A DNA stretch of 61,621 nt from Anaerolineales bacterium UBA1429 (GCA_002329325.1 DCTX01000026.1:183917-245537); one strand, 5' to 3'; shown: positions 44,797-54,486, numbered from the stretch's first letter. A program made the numbers and translations. The notes: generated by a model not told the origin, from the sequence alone.

Positions 44797-45348
44797 ATGG
44801 CCAACGTCGGCGGAGAGTCGGAAGCGCCTTGCGGGCCGGGATGGGTTCTGCGCGGGCTGGAGCCGGACGACTATGCCGATTGGCACGCCATCCGCCTGTG
44901 CCCCCAGGTGATGCGCAACACCCTCATGCTGCCCTTTTCCACCCTCGCCGAGGCGCGCGAGCGCCTGGCGCACATCCCCCAGAACGCCCATGTGATCGTC
45001 GCCGAGGTGGATGGCCACGTGGTCGGCCAGGCCTGGCTGGAGCAGCGTTGGGGGCGCTGCAGCCATGTGGGCCAGCCGGGCATCATGGTGCACGATGACT
45101 ATACGCGGCAGGGGATCGGTACGGCCTTGCTGGGCGCGATCATTGACCTGGCCGAGAACTGGCTGGGCCTCTGGCGCCTGGAGCTGGAGGTCTATACCGA
45201 CAACGCCGCCGCCATCGCGCTCTACCGCAAGTTCGGGTTCGAGGTCGAGGGGACCAAGCGCCTCTACGCCCTGCGAGATGGCTCCTATGTGGACGTCCAT
45301 GTGATGGCGCGGCTCAGAACCGCGGGCCCTGGCGCTACCTCCGCGTGA
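44797..45348 (+). CDS. GNAT-family N-acetyltransferase
   Basis: TRQGIGTALLGAIIDLAE...ELEVYTDNAAAIALYRKFGF. GGAGGTGG lies upstream. Confidence 0.8.
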   Translation: MANVGGESEAPCGPGWVLRGLEPDDYADWHAIRLCPQVMRNTLMLPFSTLAEARERLAHIPQNAHVIVAEVDGHVVGQAWLEQRWGRCSHVGQPGIMVHDDYTRQGIGTALLGAIIDLAENWLGLWRLELEVYTDNAAAIALYRKFGFEVEGTKRLYALRDGSYVDVHVMARLRTAGPGATSA

Positions 45349-47518
45349 TCGGCAAGAGCAGCTCCCTGTCCGGACAGAAGATCTTGGCCACGAAAGCGTC
45401 GGTGCTGCCGCCGTTGTGCGTTAGGTCGGGGCCACCCATCACGGGGAAGGTCGCCTCGGTGGAATTGGTCTCGCCCGCGATGTAGGCATTGCCTGACGCA
45501 TCCACGGCGATGGCATGGCCATAGTCCCACCCCCCGCTGCCGCCGATATAGCCCGCATAGGCCAGCCCTGTGCCATCCGCCGCCACCTTGGCCACAAAGG
45601 CATCGGCGCTGCCGCCATTGTGGGTCAGGTCGGGGCCGGCAACCACGGGGAAGGTCGCCTCCGTCGAATCGGTCTCGCCCGCGATGTAGGCATTGCCCGC
45701 CTTATCCACCGCAATGCCGTTGCCATAGTCGGCGTCGCCGCTCCCGCCGATATAGCCTGCATAGGTTAGCCCTGTGCCATCGGCCGCCACCTTGGCCACA
45801 AAGGCATCGGCGTTGCCGCCGTTGTAGGTCAGATCGGGCCCGACGGCCACGGGGAAGGTCGCCTCCGTCGAGTCGGTGTAGCCTGTCACATAGGCGTTGC
45901 CCGCCGTGTCCACCGCAATGCCGTTGCCATAATCCCAGCCGCTGCCGCCGACAAAACCGCCGTACACAAGCCCGGCGCCATCCGCTGCCACCTTGGCCAC
46001 AAAGGCATCATAGCCGCCGCCGTTGTAGGTGAGATCGGGGCCGATGGCCATGGGAAAGGTCGTCTCGGTGGATTGGGTCTCGCCCGTGACATAGGCGTTG
46101 CCCGCCGTGTCCACCGCAATGCCATTGCCCCGGTCGGTCCATTTGCCGCCGATGTAGCCGGCGTAGACCAGGCCGGAGCCATTCGCCGCCACCTTGGCCA
46201 CAAAGGCATCCCCGTACGTGTTGGTATCGTCGTTATAGGAGAGATCGGGGCCGACGACGACAGGGAACGTTGCCTCGGTGGACTTGGTGTAGCCAGTGAT
46301 GTAGGCATTGCCGGCCGTATCTACGGCCACGCCCAGCCCGAGGTCCACGTCGTTGCCGCCGATGTAGCCGGCATAGACGAGGTCTGTGCCATCGGCCGCT
46401 ACCTTGGCCACAAAGGCGTCGCTCCCGCCGCCGTTAAAGGTGAGGTCAGGCCCGATCGTGGCGGGAAAGCTCGCCTCTGCCGACCCGACGATACCGGTGA
46501 CATAGGCGTTGCCCGCCGCATCCACGGCGATGCCCTGGCCGAAATCGATCCAGCTACCGCCGATATAGCCGCAGTAGATCAGCCCTGACCCATCCGCCGC
46601 CACCTTGGCCACAAAGGCATCCCGCTCACCGCCGTTGTAGCTCAGATCGGGGCCGACGGTCACGGGGAAGGTCGGGCTCCACCAGGCCTCGCCCGCCACA
46701 TAGGCGTTGCCCGCGGCGTCCACGGCGATGCCATAGCCCCGATCGGTCCCGCTGCCGCCGATATAGCCGGCGTAGAACAGCATCGCCGGATCGATCACCA
46801 GGGGCAGGGTAGGATCGTACGCGCCCACGCGAAACCCGTAGGAGCCGGACCCATCTGCGCCTGATTGTGCGGTGTCGTCCAGCGCATAGGCCGCCGCAAC
46901 CGGCGCCCGCTGCCCATCTACCACCTGGTACGCCACAGGCGCATCATCCTGCAGGCCGCCGGCAGGCGCCGTCAGCTCCAACTGGCCGGCCTCGTTCAGC
47001 CGCACGCTCGCGCCGCGATACGCCAGCCGGATGCGCGCCGGATCCGCGCCAGGCTGGACGACGAACTCGTACTTGAGCTGATCGAACGTACCGCTGTAGA
47101 TCAGGTCAATCCCCTCCCACAGATCCGGATAGACGATGCGGGAGAAGGTCGGCAGCTCGGTGTGCCACTCGTCACGCGGCCCACGAAAGTACGAGATCCG
47201 GGCAGTGGTCTGATCCTGCCCGATGGGCTGCACAGCGTTGGCACCCACAAAGTCCAGTTTCAGAACCCAACGCGATTCAGCCGAGGTCAGCGCGAGGGTG
47301 AGGCCTTCCGGGGTAAAGTAGAGCGTCTTGTCGCTGCCCTGGACATAGTACGCTACCTGAGCGTCCATCTGCCCCTGGTTGGCGACAAAGGGGAGGGGCA
47401 TCTTGCCCCAGTCAGTCTGGGCGTAGGCTATCGGATAGCTGACTGGAGGGGGAGGCGCGGCAAGGAGCAACAGCGCGGCGAGCAGAACGAACCGCCAGAA
47501 GCGACGTCTCACCTGCAT
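45335..47518 (-). CDS. Secreted SBBP (beta-propeller) repeat protein
   Basis: Signal peptide FWRFVLLAALLLLAAPPP. At least 8 copies of Y-A-G-Y-I-G-G-x...G-I-A-V-D-x-A-G-N-A-Y-V/I-x-G...D-A-F-V-A-K-V. AGGAGAGGA lies upstream. The 3' end overlaps the convergent GNAT gene by 14 nt. Confidence 0.85.
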   Translation of the reverse strand: MQVRRRFWRFVLLAALLLLAAPPPPVSYPIAYAQTDWGKMPLPFVANQGQMDAQVAYYVQGSDKTLYFTPEGLTLALTSAESRWVLKLDFVGANAVQPIGQDQTTARISYFRGPRDEWHTELPTFSRIVYPDLWEGIDLIYSGTFDQLKYEFVVQPGADPARIRLAYRGASVRLNEAGQLELTAPAGGLQDDAPVAYQVVDGQRAPVAAAYALDDTAQSGADGSGSYGFRVGAYDPTLPLVIDPAMLFYAGYIGGSGTDRGYGIAVDAAGNAYVAGEAWWSPTFPVTVGPDLSYNGGERDAFVAKVAADGSGLIYCGYIGGSWIDFGQGIAVDAAGNAYVTGIVGSAEASFPATIGPDLTFNGGGSDAFVAKVAADGTDLVYAGYIGGNDVDLGLGVAVDTAGNAYITGYTKSTEATFPVVVGPDLSYNDDTNTYGDAFVAKVAANGSGLVYAGYIGGKWTDRGNGIAVDTAGNAYVTGETQSTETTFPMAIGPDLTYNGGGYDAFVAKVAADGAGLVYGGFVGGSGWDYGNGIAVDTAGNAYVTGYTDSTEATFPVAVGPDLTYNGGNADAFVAKVAADGTGLTYAGYIGGSGDADYGNGIAVDKAGNAYIAGETDSTEATFPVVAGPDLTHNGGSADAFVAKVAADGTGLAYAGYIGGSGGWDYGHAIAVDASGNAYIAGETNSTEATFPVMGGPDLTHNGGSTDAFVAKIFCPDRELLLPITRR
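45400..46800 (-). repeat. Intragenic tandem repeat, ~200-210 bp period (SBBP units)
   Basis: The plus-strand motif gccaccttggccacaaaggc recurs starting at 45582, 45786, 45987, 46188, 46398 (variant gctacc) and 46598. Confidence 0.7.
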
Positions 47519-47812
47519 GGTTCCTCTCCTGTCTGGTCAGCGCAGCCGACAGCCGTCCAACGGACGGGCGCCGGGAAGATGCCCGTCTCTTGAGCGGGGC
47601 TCTTCCGTTGGCGCTTCTCTCTGCCGCGCTTCCCCTTGGCGCTCTCCCGCCTCCCACACGCTACAGAATTCCGCTATCCCGTGTACCTTATCGAGAACCC
47701 TGACATCCGTCAAGGGCTGTAGTCACCTGGGGCGCAACGACGCCAAACCCGCGCTGGCGGCTGGCGCTTGGCGGCAAGAAGCACAACCAGGGGGCCGCGG
47801 GCAGCAGCGGCC

Positions 47813-48544
47813 TCAGGCGGCTCTGCGCCCACCGAACAGGGCCAGCTCAAAGGCCTTGAAGAAGCAGGCCACATCGCGATAGCCGATCTCGTGCAGCCAG
47901 TCACACTGGGCCTCCACGGGCGCCAGGATGTTCTCCTCTTTGTCCTGCCGCGCATAGTACTCCCGCGCCAGCTCCTCGCGGGATCGGGCCGAGCCGTTGC
48001 CCCGGTGGTAGGCATAGAGGCTATCCACAAAGTGGGCCTCAAAGAGCGCCTCGACGGCCGGAGTGGGCGAGGCCACGTGCTCCAGGTTCAGGAACACCCC
48101 GCCCTGCCCGAGCAGCCCATAGATCTGGGCGTAGAGGGCCCGCTTGCGCTCATCGGTCAGGTGATGGATGGCAAAGCCGGAGACGACCAGATCCACCGGC
48201 CCGGGGAGGGCCAGGCGTTCCTGCCAACCATCCTGGGCAAAGTCCGCCTGGATGAACGTGGCTCTGGCAGGCTCGATGTGCTTGGCCCGGGCCGCCTCCA
48301 GCATGGGCGCGGAGAAATCCACGAACCAGGCATGGGCGCCAGGGTGCTGGCGCTGAATGGCGCGCCCCAGAATCCCGTCGCCGCAGCCCAGGTCCACCAC
48401 CCTCCGCACGCCGGGCACCCAGTTGGCCACGATGGTCAGCAGGATCTCGATCTGTTGCTGGGCCAGGGGGATCGCGCCGCGCACCCCCTCCAGATAGGTC
48501 TGGGCCAGGTGGGCGCTCTGCCACTGGCTGCTCTGATCCGTCAT
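47813..48544 (-). CDS. Class I SAM-dependent methyltransferase
   Basis: Track ORF trimmed to the ATG at 48544, 6 nt after GAGGAG. Motifs: VVDLGCGDGILG and LVVSGFAIHHL. It lies 28 nt downstream of the CrtI-like gene. Confidence 0.8.
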   Translation of the reverse strand: MTDQSSQWQSAHLAQTYLEGVRGAIPLAQQQIEILLTIVANWVPGVRRVVDLGCGDGILGRAIQRQHPGAHAWFVDFSAPMLEAARAKHIEPARATFIQADFAQDGWQERLALPGPVDLVVSGFAIHHLTDERKRALYAQIYGLLGQGGVFLNLEHVASPTPAVEALFEAHFVDSLYAYHRGNGSARSREELAREYYARQDKEENILAPVEAQCDWLHEIGYRDVACFFKAFELALFGGRRAA

Positions 48545-48572
48545 GCACAACTCCTCGGTTCGTGTACGTAGC

Positions 48573-50060
48573 TCATTCCTCGAACCGACGCCCCGCCTGG
48601 CGGCATAGGTCCTTCACCACCGCGCGCCCCGAGATGGCGGCATTGGGGAGCCCAATCATGGCGTTGGCCCACTGGCCCACGTGGTGAAAGCCCTCCAGGC
48701 CCGGCAGGGTTCTGGTCAGCCCCTGGAACATGACCTTCATGGCGCCCTTGGAGACACCCCAGGGCTGCCAGCCCCGAAAGCTGCCGGTGTAGCGCTCGAC
48801 GGTCACGGGCGTGACCACGTCCCATGCCTCGACGCTGGCCGCGAGCCCCGGCCAGCGCCCATCCAGCCGCTGGGCCACGGCATCGGCGATGGCGCGCTTG
48901 GCAGCGCGATAGGCGGCGGGATCCTGCTCGCGCAGTTCCTTCCAGGGTGCATAGACGCCCGTGGCTACGGCCTTGACAACCGACTTGCCCTCTGGCGCCA
49001 TTCCCGCATCGTGGGCCATGGTCTCGACATAGAGGGCGCCGTGGGAGCGCCCTGCGAACTCGAGGGGCTCGTCGTAGAGCAGCGTCAGATGGTGCGGCTC
49101 GGCCGTCAGATCGCGCTTCACGCCCAAGTAGATCGTCAGGCCGAACTCCTGCTCCTCCGGATAGGCCTGGTAAAAGCTGTCGATGAGGGGGTTGGTGTAG
49201 CGACCGCCCAGCATCTTGAATACCGTGGCATAGCCGTCAGCCGCGGAGACGATGACATCGGCCCGGTGCTCGGTGCCATCGGCCAGCCGCACGCCCCGCG
49301 CCCTGTCGCTCTCGACGATGATCTCCCGCACGGTCGCCCCATAGACGATCTCGCCCCCCAGCGACCGATACCGGTCCGCCATGCGCTGCGCCATGGCGCC
49401 CGAGCCGCCCCAGGGGCGGCCCAGGTCGCCGCGCTGGAGGCCCGCCAGGAACATGACGTTGGCCATGACGGGGATGCCGGCTCCATCCATGCCATACTGG
49501 GCGCGAGCCAGCGCCCGCCGCAAGAAGGAGTCGCTGAACTGGGCGGCCAACTGGTCCAGCCGTATGCCGCCGCAGCGCATGATGGTGGGCATGCGCAGGG
49601 CCAGGCGGAGATTGCCCGCCAGGTCGTGCAGCCCCATGGCCATGACGTCGGCCTTGGCCAGAGAGCGCGCCGCCCCCACATAGCGCCGGATGGCCGCGCC
49701 ATCGTTGGGCGCCAGCGCCTGCATATGGGCCTGCAGGCGGTCCAGGTCGCCATACAGCTCCAGCGCCTGCCCATCCGGGGCCTCGATGCGCACCAGGCTC
49801 TCGTCGTTCAGGATGGGCATATCATCCAGCGCGCCCAGGGCGCGCCAGACGCGATGCAAGGGCGAGTCCGGTGCGGTGCCCGCCAGGTGGTGCAGGCAGT
49901 AATCAAAGACATACCCGCCCCGCTGCCACGAGGCGCACACGCCGCCGGGGCGATCGTGTTTCTCCAGCAGCAGCGTTTCATAGCCGTTCATGCGGGCATA
50001 GGAGGCCGCCGCCAGGCCCGCGACCCCTGCGCCAATGATGATCATGCTGCCGGTTGCCAT
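48573..50060 (-). CDS. Phytoene-desaturase-family (CrtI-like) FAD-dependent oxidoreductase
   Basis: Track ORF trimmed to the ATG at 50060 after GAGGAGG. Motifs: IIIGAGVAGLAAASYARMNGYETLLLEKHDRPGG, and a C-terminal GLEGFHHVGQW. Confidence 0.8.
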   Translation of the reverse strand: MATGSMIIIGAGVAGLAAASYARMNGYETLLLEKHDRPGGVCASWQRGGYVFDYCLHHLAGTAPDSPLHRVWRALGALDDMPILNDESLVRIEAPDGQALELYGDLDRLQAHMQALAPNDGAAIRRYVGAARSLAKADVMAMGLHDLAGNLRLALRMPTIMRCGGIRLDQLAAQFSDSFLRRALARAQYGMDGAGIPVMANVMFLAGLQRGDLGRPWGGSGAMAQRMADRYRSLGGEIVYGATVREIIVESDRARGVRLADGTEHRADVIVSAADGYATVFKMLGGRYTNPLIDSFYQAYPEEQEFGLTIYLGVKRDLTAEPHHLTLLYDEPLEFAGRSHGALYVETMAHDAGMAPEGKSVVKAVATGVYAPWKELREQDPAAYRAAKRAIADAVAQRLDGRWPGLAASVEAWDVVTPVTVERYTGSFRGWQPWGVSKGAMKVMFQGLTRTLPGLEGFHHVGQWANAMIGLPNAAISGRAVVKDLCRQAGRRFEE

Positions 50061-50074
50061 GCCCTGCCTCCTCG

Positions 50075-50104
50075 TTGACAGCGCCAGGATCACTTGATTA
50101 TACT
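50075..50104 (+). promoter_or_regulatory. Near-consensus promoter of prs
   Basis: TTGACA (50075-50080), an 18-nt spacer, then TATACT (50099-50104). It lies downstream of the track ORF's nominal start at 50094, which is therefore excluded. Confidence 0.6.
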
Positions 50105-50162
50105 GATTCCGCACAGGTCCGCACGTGCCAAACGCCGTGTGCACCCTACATGGGGGAAAGAC

Positions 50163-51482
50163 GTGAGACTAGCCTACCGCGTGCTGCAGGCTCGCTGGCC
50201 GGGAGGGGACGACTGGCGCAACTGGGGCATGGTCTATCGCCCTGCCGAGGCGCCCTCCGCCCCGCTCTCACTGCATCACAACCTGGACGAGTTCCAGGAG
50301 CTGGTGCAGTGCCTCCTACGGCAGATGCGAACCCAATCCCCCTCTCTAGAGCAGGCCGATTGCATCCTGGAGGGGCTGGGCCATGTGTGCCGCCTGCTGC
50401 CGGAGGTGCACGAGTATGCCGCCGAGGGCCCCGAATCCGCCCTGGTGAACGCCATCGAGGCGCGCGTGCTGGGGCTGGAACGCATGGGCCAGCATGAGCC
50501 CTCCGAGGACGACATCCGCATCCTCGCCGGGCGCGCCAACCGGCCTCTGGCCCAGGCGGTGGCCCACCGGCTGGGCGTGCCCCTGACGCCTCTGACCGTG
50601 CGCTCCTTCCCCGATTCCGAGACCTATGTCCAGATCGATGCCCTGGTGCGCAAGGCCGACGTGTTCGTGATCCAACCCTGCACAGCGCCGGTGAACGAGC
50701 ACCTGATGGAGCTGCTGCTGATGGTGGATGCGCTGCGCCGGGCGTCGGGAGCCCAGATCACCGCCATCATCCCCTACTTTCCCTATGCGCGCCAGGAGCG
50801 CATGGCCCAGGGGCGCGAGGCCATCAGCGCCCGGCTGGTGGCCACCATGCTCGAGACGGTGGGCGTGGATCGGGTGATCTATGTGGATATCCATGCCGAG
50901 GCCACCCAGGGCTTTTTCACCGTGCCGGTGGATCGGCTCCAATCCTATGCCATCCTGGCCGACTACTTTCGCGACAAACCCTTCCTGCGCGATGCGGTGA
51001 TCGTCTCGCCAGACGTGGGCCGGGCGCGCCTGGCCGGGCTCTATGCCCAGGCCCTGGGCATCCCTCTGGTGCTGATGCAGAAGCGGCGCGAGGCGGGCGG
51101 GCGCGTGGAGACCACCCACGTGGTGGGCGACGTGCGCGACAAGGTCCCCATCTTGATCGATGACATCCTGGCCAGCGGCAGCGTGCTCACCCAGGTGCCC
51201 GAGCTGCTCAAGCAGGGCGCGCGGCCCGAGGTGCACGTGGCCATCACCCACCCGGTGCTCCTGCCCAGCTCCCTGCCGCGCCTGGACGCCCCCTGGCTCG
51301 ATGAACTGGTGGTGACCGACACCGTGCTGGTGCCGCCGCCGAAGCGCCACCCCAAGGTGCGCATCCTGAGCGTGGCGCCCATGCTGGCCTATACCATCCG
51401 CGGCATCCACCGGGGCACCTCCATCAGCCCCCTCTGGCAGGCCGACGCGCCCCGTAACCTGGGCTTTTACGACCAACCCTGA
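50163..51482 (+). CDS. prs: Ribose-phosphate pyrophosphokinase with a ~107-codon N-terminal extension (start uncertain; canonical-length start would be ATG 50484)
   Basis: Prs motifs: IRILAGRANRPLAQAVA, IIPYFPYARQER, VDIHAEATQGFF and ILIDDILASGSV. The in-frame upstream 107 codons have a hand-counted GC3 near 83%, which looks like coding sequence. A GTG at 50163 follows GGGGGAAAG. Confidence 0.8.
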   Translation: MRLAYRVLQARWPGGDDWRNWGMVYRPAEAPSAPLSLHHNLDEFQELVQCLLRQMRTQSPSLEQADCILEGLGHVCRLLPEVHEYAAEGPESALVNAIEARVLGLERMGQHEPSEDDIRILAGRANRPLAQAVAHRLGVPLTPLTVRSFPDSETYVQIDALVRKADVFVIQPCTAPVNEHLMELLLMVDALRRASGAQITAIIPYFPYARQERMAQGREAISARLVATMLETVGVDRVIYVDIHAEATQGFFTVPVDRLQSYAILADYFRDKPFLRDAVIVSPDVGRARLAGLYAQALGIPLVLMQKRREAGGRVETTHVVGDVRDKVPILIDDILASGSVLTQVPELLKQGARPEVHVAITHPVLLPSSLPRLDAPWLDELVVTDTVLVPPPKRHPKVRILSVAPMLAYTIRGIHRGTSISPLWQADAPRNLGFYDQP

Positions 51483-51504
51483 TACGTGTGATGAGGAGCA
51501 GAGA

Positions 51505-52317
51505 TTGAGCAAGAGACTGGCAGACAAGGTAGCCATCGTCACCGGTTCGACTTCGGGTATCGGGCGGGCCACCGCCGAGCTGTTTGCGCAGGAGGGGGCC
51601 CGCGTCGTCGTCCATGGACGCCGTGCCGAGCTGGGCCATGAGGTGGTGGCGGGGATCCGGGCCGCGGGCGGCGAGGCGATCTATGTGCCGGGCGATGTCA
51701 CCTGCGACGAGACCCCCAGCGCCCTGGTCGCCCGCGCCATCGAGGCCTATGGCCGCCTGGATATCCTGATGAACAACGCCTGGAGTGGCCCCAATGGCCG
51801 CCTGACCGAGGTGCCCCTGGATGACCTGGACCTGAGCTACCGCACGATCATCCGGGCAGCGGTGATCGGCAGCCGGGCGGCCATCCCCGAGATGGTCAAG
51901 GGCGGCGGGGGCGTGATCCTCAATGTGGCCTCGGTGCACGGCATCCTGGCCTCGCACGCCTACTTTCCCTATGACGCCATGAAGGCGGCGCTGGTCAACC
52001 TGACTCGCCAGATGGCCGTGGACTATGGCCCCCAGGGCATCCGGGTGAACGCCATCTGCCCCGGCATGATCATCACGGAGCGAGGCGCCGACATCATGGC
52101 ATCGCAGCCCGAGCGGCTGCGCCTGCAGCACTGGATCTACCCGCTGGGCCGGCCGGGCACGCCGCGCGAGGTGGCCCATGCCGCCTTGTTCCTGGCGTCG
52201 GACGAGGCCTCTTTCATCACCGGCCACGCCCTGCTGGTGGATGGCGGCCTCACCGCCCAATTGCAGGATTCGGTGGGGGCGTCGGTGCAGCGGGGCCTGC
52301 AGGAGGACGGCGCCTAG
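51505..52317 (+). CDS. Short-chain dehydrogenase/reductase (SDR)
   Basis: TTG start after GAGGAG. Motifs: VAIVTGSTSGIGRA, NNAW and YxxxK (YDAMKAAL). Confidence 0.85.
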   Translation: MSKRLADKVAIVTGSTSGIGRATAELFAQEGARVVVHGRRAELGHEVVAGIRAAGGEAIYVPGDVTCDETPSALVARAIEAYGRLDILMNNAWSGPNGRLTEVPLDDLDLSYRTIIRAAVIGSRAAIPEMVKGGGGVILNVASVHGILASHAYFPYDAMKAALVNLTRQMAVDYGPQGIRVNAICPGMIITERGADIMASQPERLRLQHWIYPLGRPGTPREVAHAALFLASDEASFITGHALLVDGGLTAQLQDSVGASVQRGLQEDGA

Positions 52318-52443
52318 CGGCCGCCCGCGGCTAGCCAGGGGAGCCGGGCGCAAGGGGCCCGGCTCAGCGCTGTTGACAAGCAAAGCCTGCGCCCTGGGCT
52401 GGCTCGGCGCCCGGGCGGATAGCGAGTGCAAAGGAGCAAACCC

Positions 52444-53466
52444 ATGGTCACGCGCGTATTCTGCTGCCAGCGGGATTCCGACAGGATCACGATCTTTCGC
52501 ATGGACCAGGCTACGGGCGCGCTGAGCGTCGAGAGCGAGTACCCGATGCCGGGCGGGCCGGCGCCCTTGGCGGCGGACCCCGGCGGGCGCTGGCTCGTGG
52601 TGGGCCTTCGCCATCAGCCGGCCCTGGCGACGGTGCGCCTGGACGCTGAGCGTGGCCTGGGCGAGGTGCTTGGCTCTGCCCCGCTGCCCGTCGACCCCTG
52701 CTACATCTCCATCGACCGCACGGGCCGCTTTGCGCTGACGGCCTACTATGGCGCGGGGCGTTGCGCCGTGCATGCCATCGGCGAGGATGGAGCTCTGGCC
52801 GCCGAGGCGGTGCAATGGATCTCCACGCAGCCCCACGCCCACTGCATCCGCACCGACCGCTCCAATCGTTACGCCTACCTGCCCCACACAGTGCCCGCCA
52901 ACCAGATCCTGCAATACGCCTTTGATGCCGCGACGGGGCGCCTGACGCCCCTGGCGCAGCCCAAGGCGCCGGTGGAGCCGGGGGCCGGCCCGCGCCACTA
53001 CTGCTACCACCCCACCCTGGATCGCGTCTACGTTTCCAACGAGGATAGCTCTGGCGTCAGCAGCTATGCCCTGGACCCGGCGACGGGGCACCTGGATCGG
53101 CTGCAGACCCTTTCCACCCTACCGGAGGGCTTCCGGGGCGAGAACACCTGCGCCCAGATTCACGTGAGCCCTAACGGGCGCTGGCTGTACGTCTCGAACC
53201 GGGGGCATCACAGCCTGGCGATCTTTGGCATCGCGCCGGAGACGGGCCTGCTGACGGCAGCGGGGCACCGGCCCACCGAGCCCACGCCGCGCGTCTTTGG
53301 CATGGATCCCAGCGGGCGGTTCTTGTTCGCAGCGGGGCAGGGCTCCGATCGGCTGGCGGCCTACGCCCTGGACGACGAGACCGGTCAGCTACGCGAGATC
53401 GGCGGTTACGCCTTGGGGCGCAACCCCATGTGGGTGCTGGCGCTGGAGATGGGGGAAGCGGGGTGA
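52444..53466 (+). CDS. Lactonase-family 7-bladed beta-propeller (6-phosphogluconolactonase-like)
   Basis: ATG at 52444 after AAGGAG. Repeated blades are present (DPGGRWLVV, DRTGRFALTA, SPNGRWLYVSNRG, DPSGRFLFAA). Confidence 0.75.
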   Translation: MVTRVFCCQRDSDRITIFRMDQATGALSVESEYPMPGGPAPLAADPGGRWLVVGLRHQPALATVRLDAERGLGEVLGSAPLPVDPCYISIDRTGRFALTAYYGAGRCAVHAIGEDGALAAEAVQWISTQPHAHCIRTDRSNRYAYLPHTVPANQILQYAFDAATGRLTPLAQPKAPVEPGAGPRHYCYHPTLDRVYVSNEDSSGVSSYALDPATGHLDRLQTLSTLPEGFRGENTCAQIHVSPNGRWLYVSNRGHHSLAIFGIAPETGLLTAAGHRPTEPTPRVFGMDPSGRFLFAAGQGSDRLAAYALDDETGQLREIGGYALGRNPMWVLALEMGEAG

Positions 53467-53493
53467 GGAGCGCGCCCCGCGGGGCGCAGGAGA

Positions 53494-53943
53494 TCAGCTC
53501 AGCTCGACGCCATGCACCCGCACAAAGGCGCTCAGCGGGCTCTCGCTCAGGTCGTTGATGTTGCGAAAGCCAAACGACTCGTAAAAGCGGCGCACCCGCT
53601 CATCGTCCTCCGTCAGGAGGATATGTAGCCGGACGTGCTCATAGCGCTCCAGGCAGTGGCGCATGAGCTGGGTCCCGATCCCTTGCCCCTGGTAGCCTGG
53701 CAGCACCAGCAGGTCCTGCAGGTAGAAGACAGAGACGTCGTCGGAGAGGGCCCGCGCCAGGCCGACCAGCCGGTCCTCGTACCAGGCGGTGACCACATAG
53801 GTGGAGTTGCGCAGGGCCCGCGGCAGGTCGGGCCGCCGCTCCGAGACCGTGTAGGCCTTCCAGCCCACCGAATCATACAGCCCGATCAGATCGCCCACAG
53901 GGATATCGCACCCAACACGCAATTCGATCTGGGATGCATCCAT
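53494..53943 (-). CDS. GNAT-family N-acetyltransferase
   Basis: Track ORF trimmed to the ATG at 53943. Motifs: VLPGYQGQGIGTQLMRHCL and RFYESFGF. Confidence 0.8.
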   Translation of the reverse strand: MDASQIELRVGCDIPVGDLIGLYDSVGWKAYTVSERRPDLPRALRNSTYVVTAWYEDRLVGLARALSDDVSVFYLQDLLVLPGYQGQGIGTQLMRHCLERYEHVRLHILLTEDDERVRRFYESFGFRNINDLSESPLSAFVRVHGVELS

Positions 53944-54069
53944 ACTCTGCTCTACCTCGCATTGGGATTGGCTGCCCCAGCGCCGCCGATCGTGGCTGGC
54001 GCAGGCGTCACAGGGCATTATCCCGCAACCGGGCGGGGGTGTCAACCGAGCCGGAATGCCCCGCAGCAA

Positions 54070-54438
54070 TCAGCGCGCTCGCGACCGATCTCGGACAAAG
54101 GCGACCAACGCCAGGGCCGTCAGCGCCAGCAGAGTCGCGAACAGGCCCACCATGCCCCACTCCTGCCTTTGGGCATAAAAGCCGGGGCTGTTGATGAGGG
54201 AGTACAGGAGCATCCCCAGGGCCAGCGGGTAGGCCCAGGCGGCCCAGCGCCGGGCTCTCCACAAGCCCAGCCCTCCCGCGATCAAGGCGAGGGCCGTGAG
54301 CAACTCGGCCCCCCAATGGAACGCCAGTGCGAACAGCTCGCTCTCGAGGTTGGGCACCTGCCCCGTCAGCAAGAGCAGCCCCCACAGGATCAGCATGAAC
54401 GCGCCACAGACGATTGCATACCACGCCGCCAAGATCAT
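54070..54438 (-). CDS. Small 4-TM membrane protein, unknown family
   Basis: 122 aa, hydrophobic. AGAGGGGA lies upstream of the ATG. Confidence 0.55.
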   Translation of the reverse strand: MILAAWYAIVCGAFMLILWGLLLLTGQVPNLESELFALAFHWGAELLTALALIAGGLGLWRARRWAAWAYPLALGMLLYSLINSPGFYAQRQEWGMVGLFATLLALTALALVAFVRDRSRAR

Positions 54439-54486
54439 GCGCTATCCCCTCTGCGAGGTGTCCCTCGCTGGCACGGTTCGCGATCG

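Noticed and set aside
45400-46800. Regularly spaced ~200-bp repeats that could superficially suggest a CRISPR-like or satellite array.
   Set aside because: The repeats lie entirely inside one long ORF and encode SBBP beta-propeller units. There is no short-repeat/unique-spacer structure and there are no cas genes.
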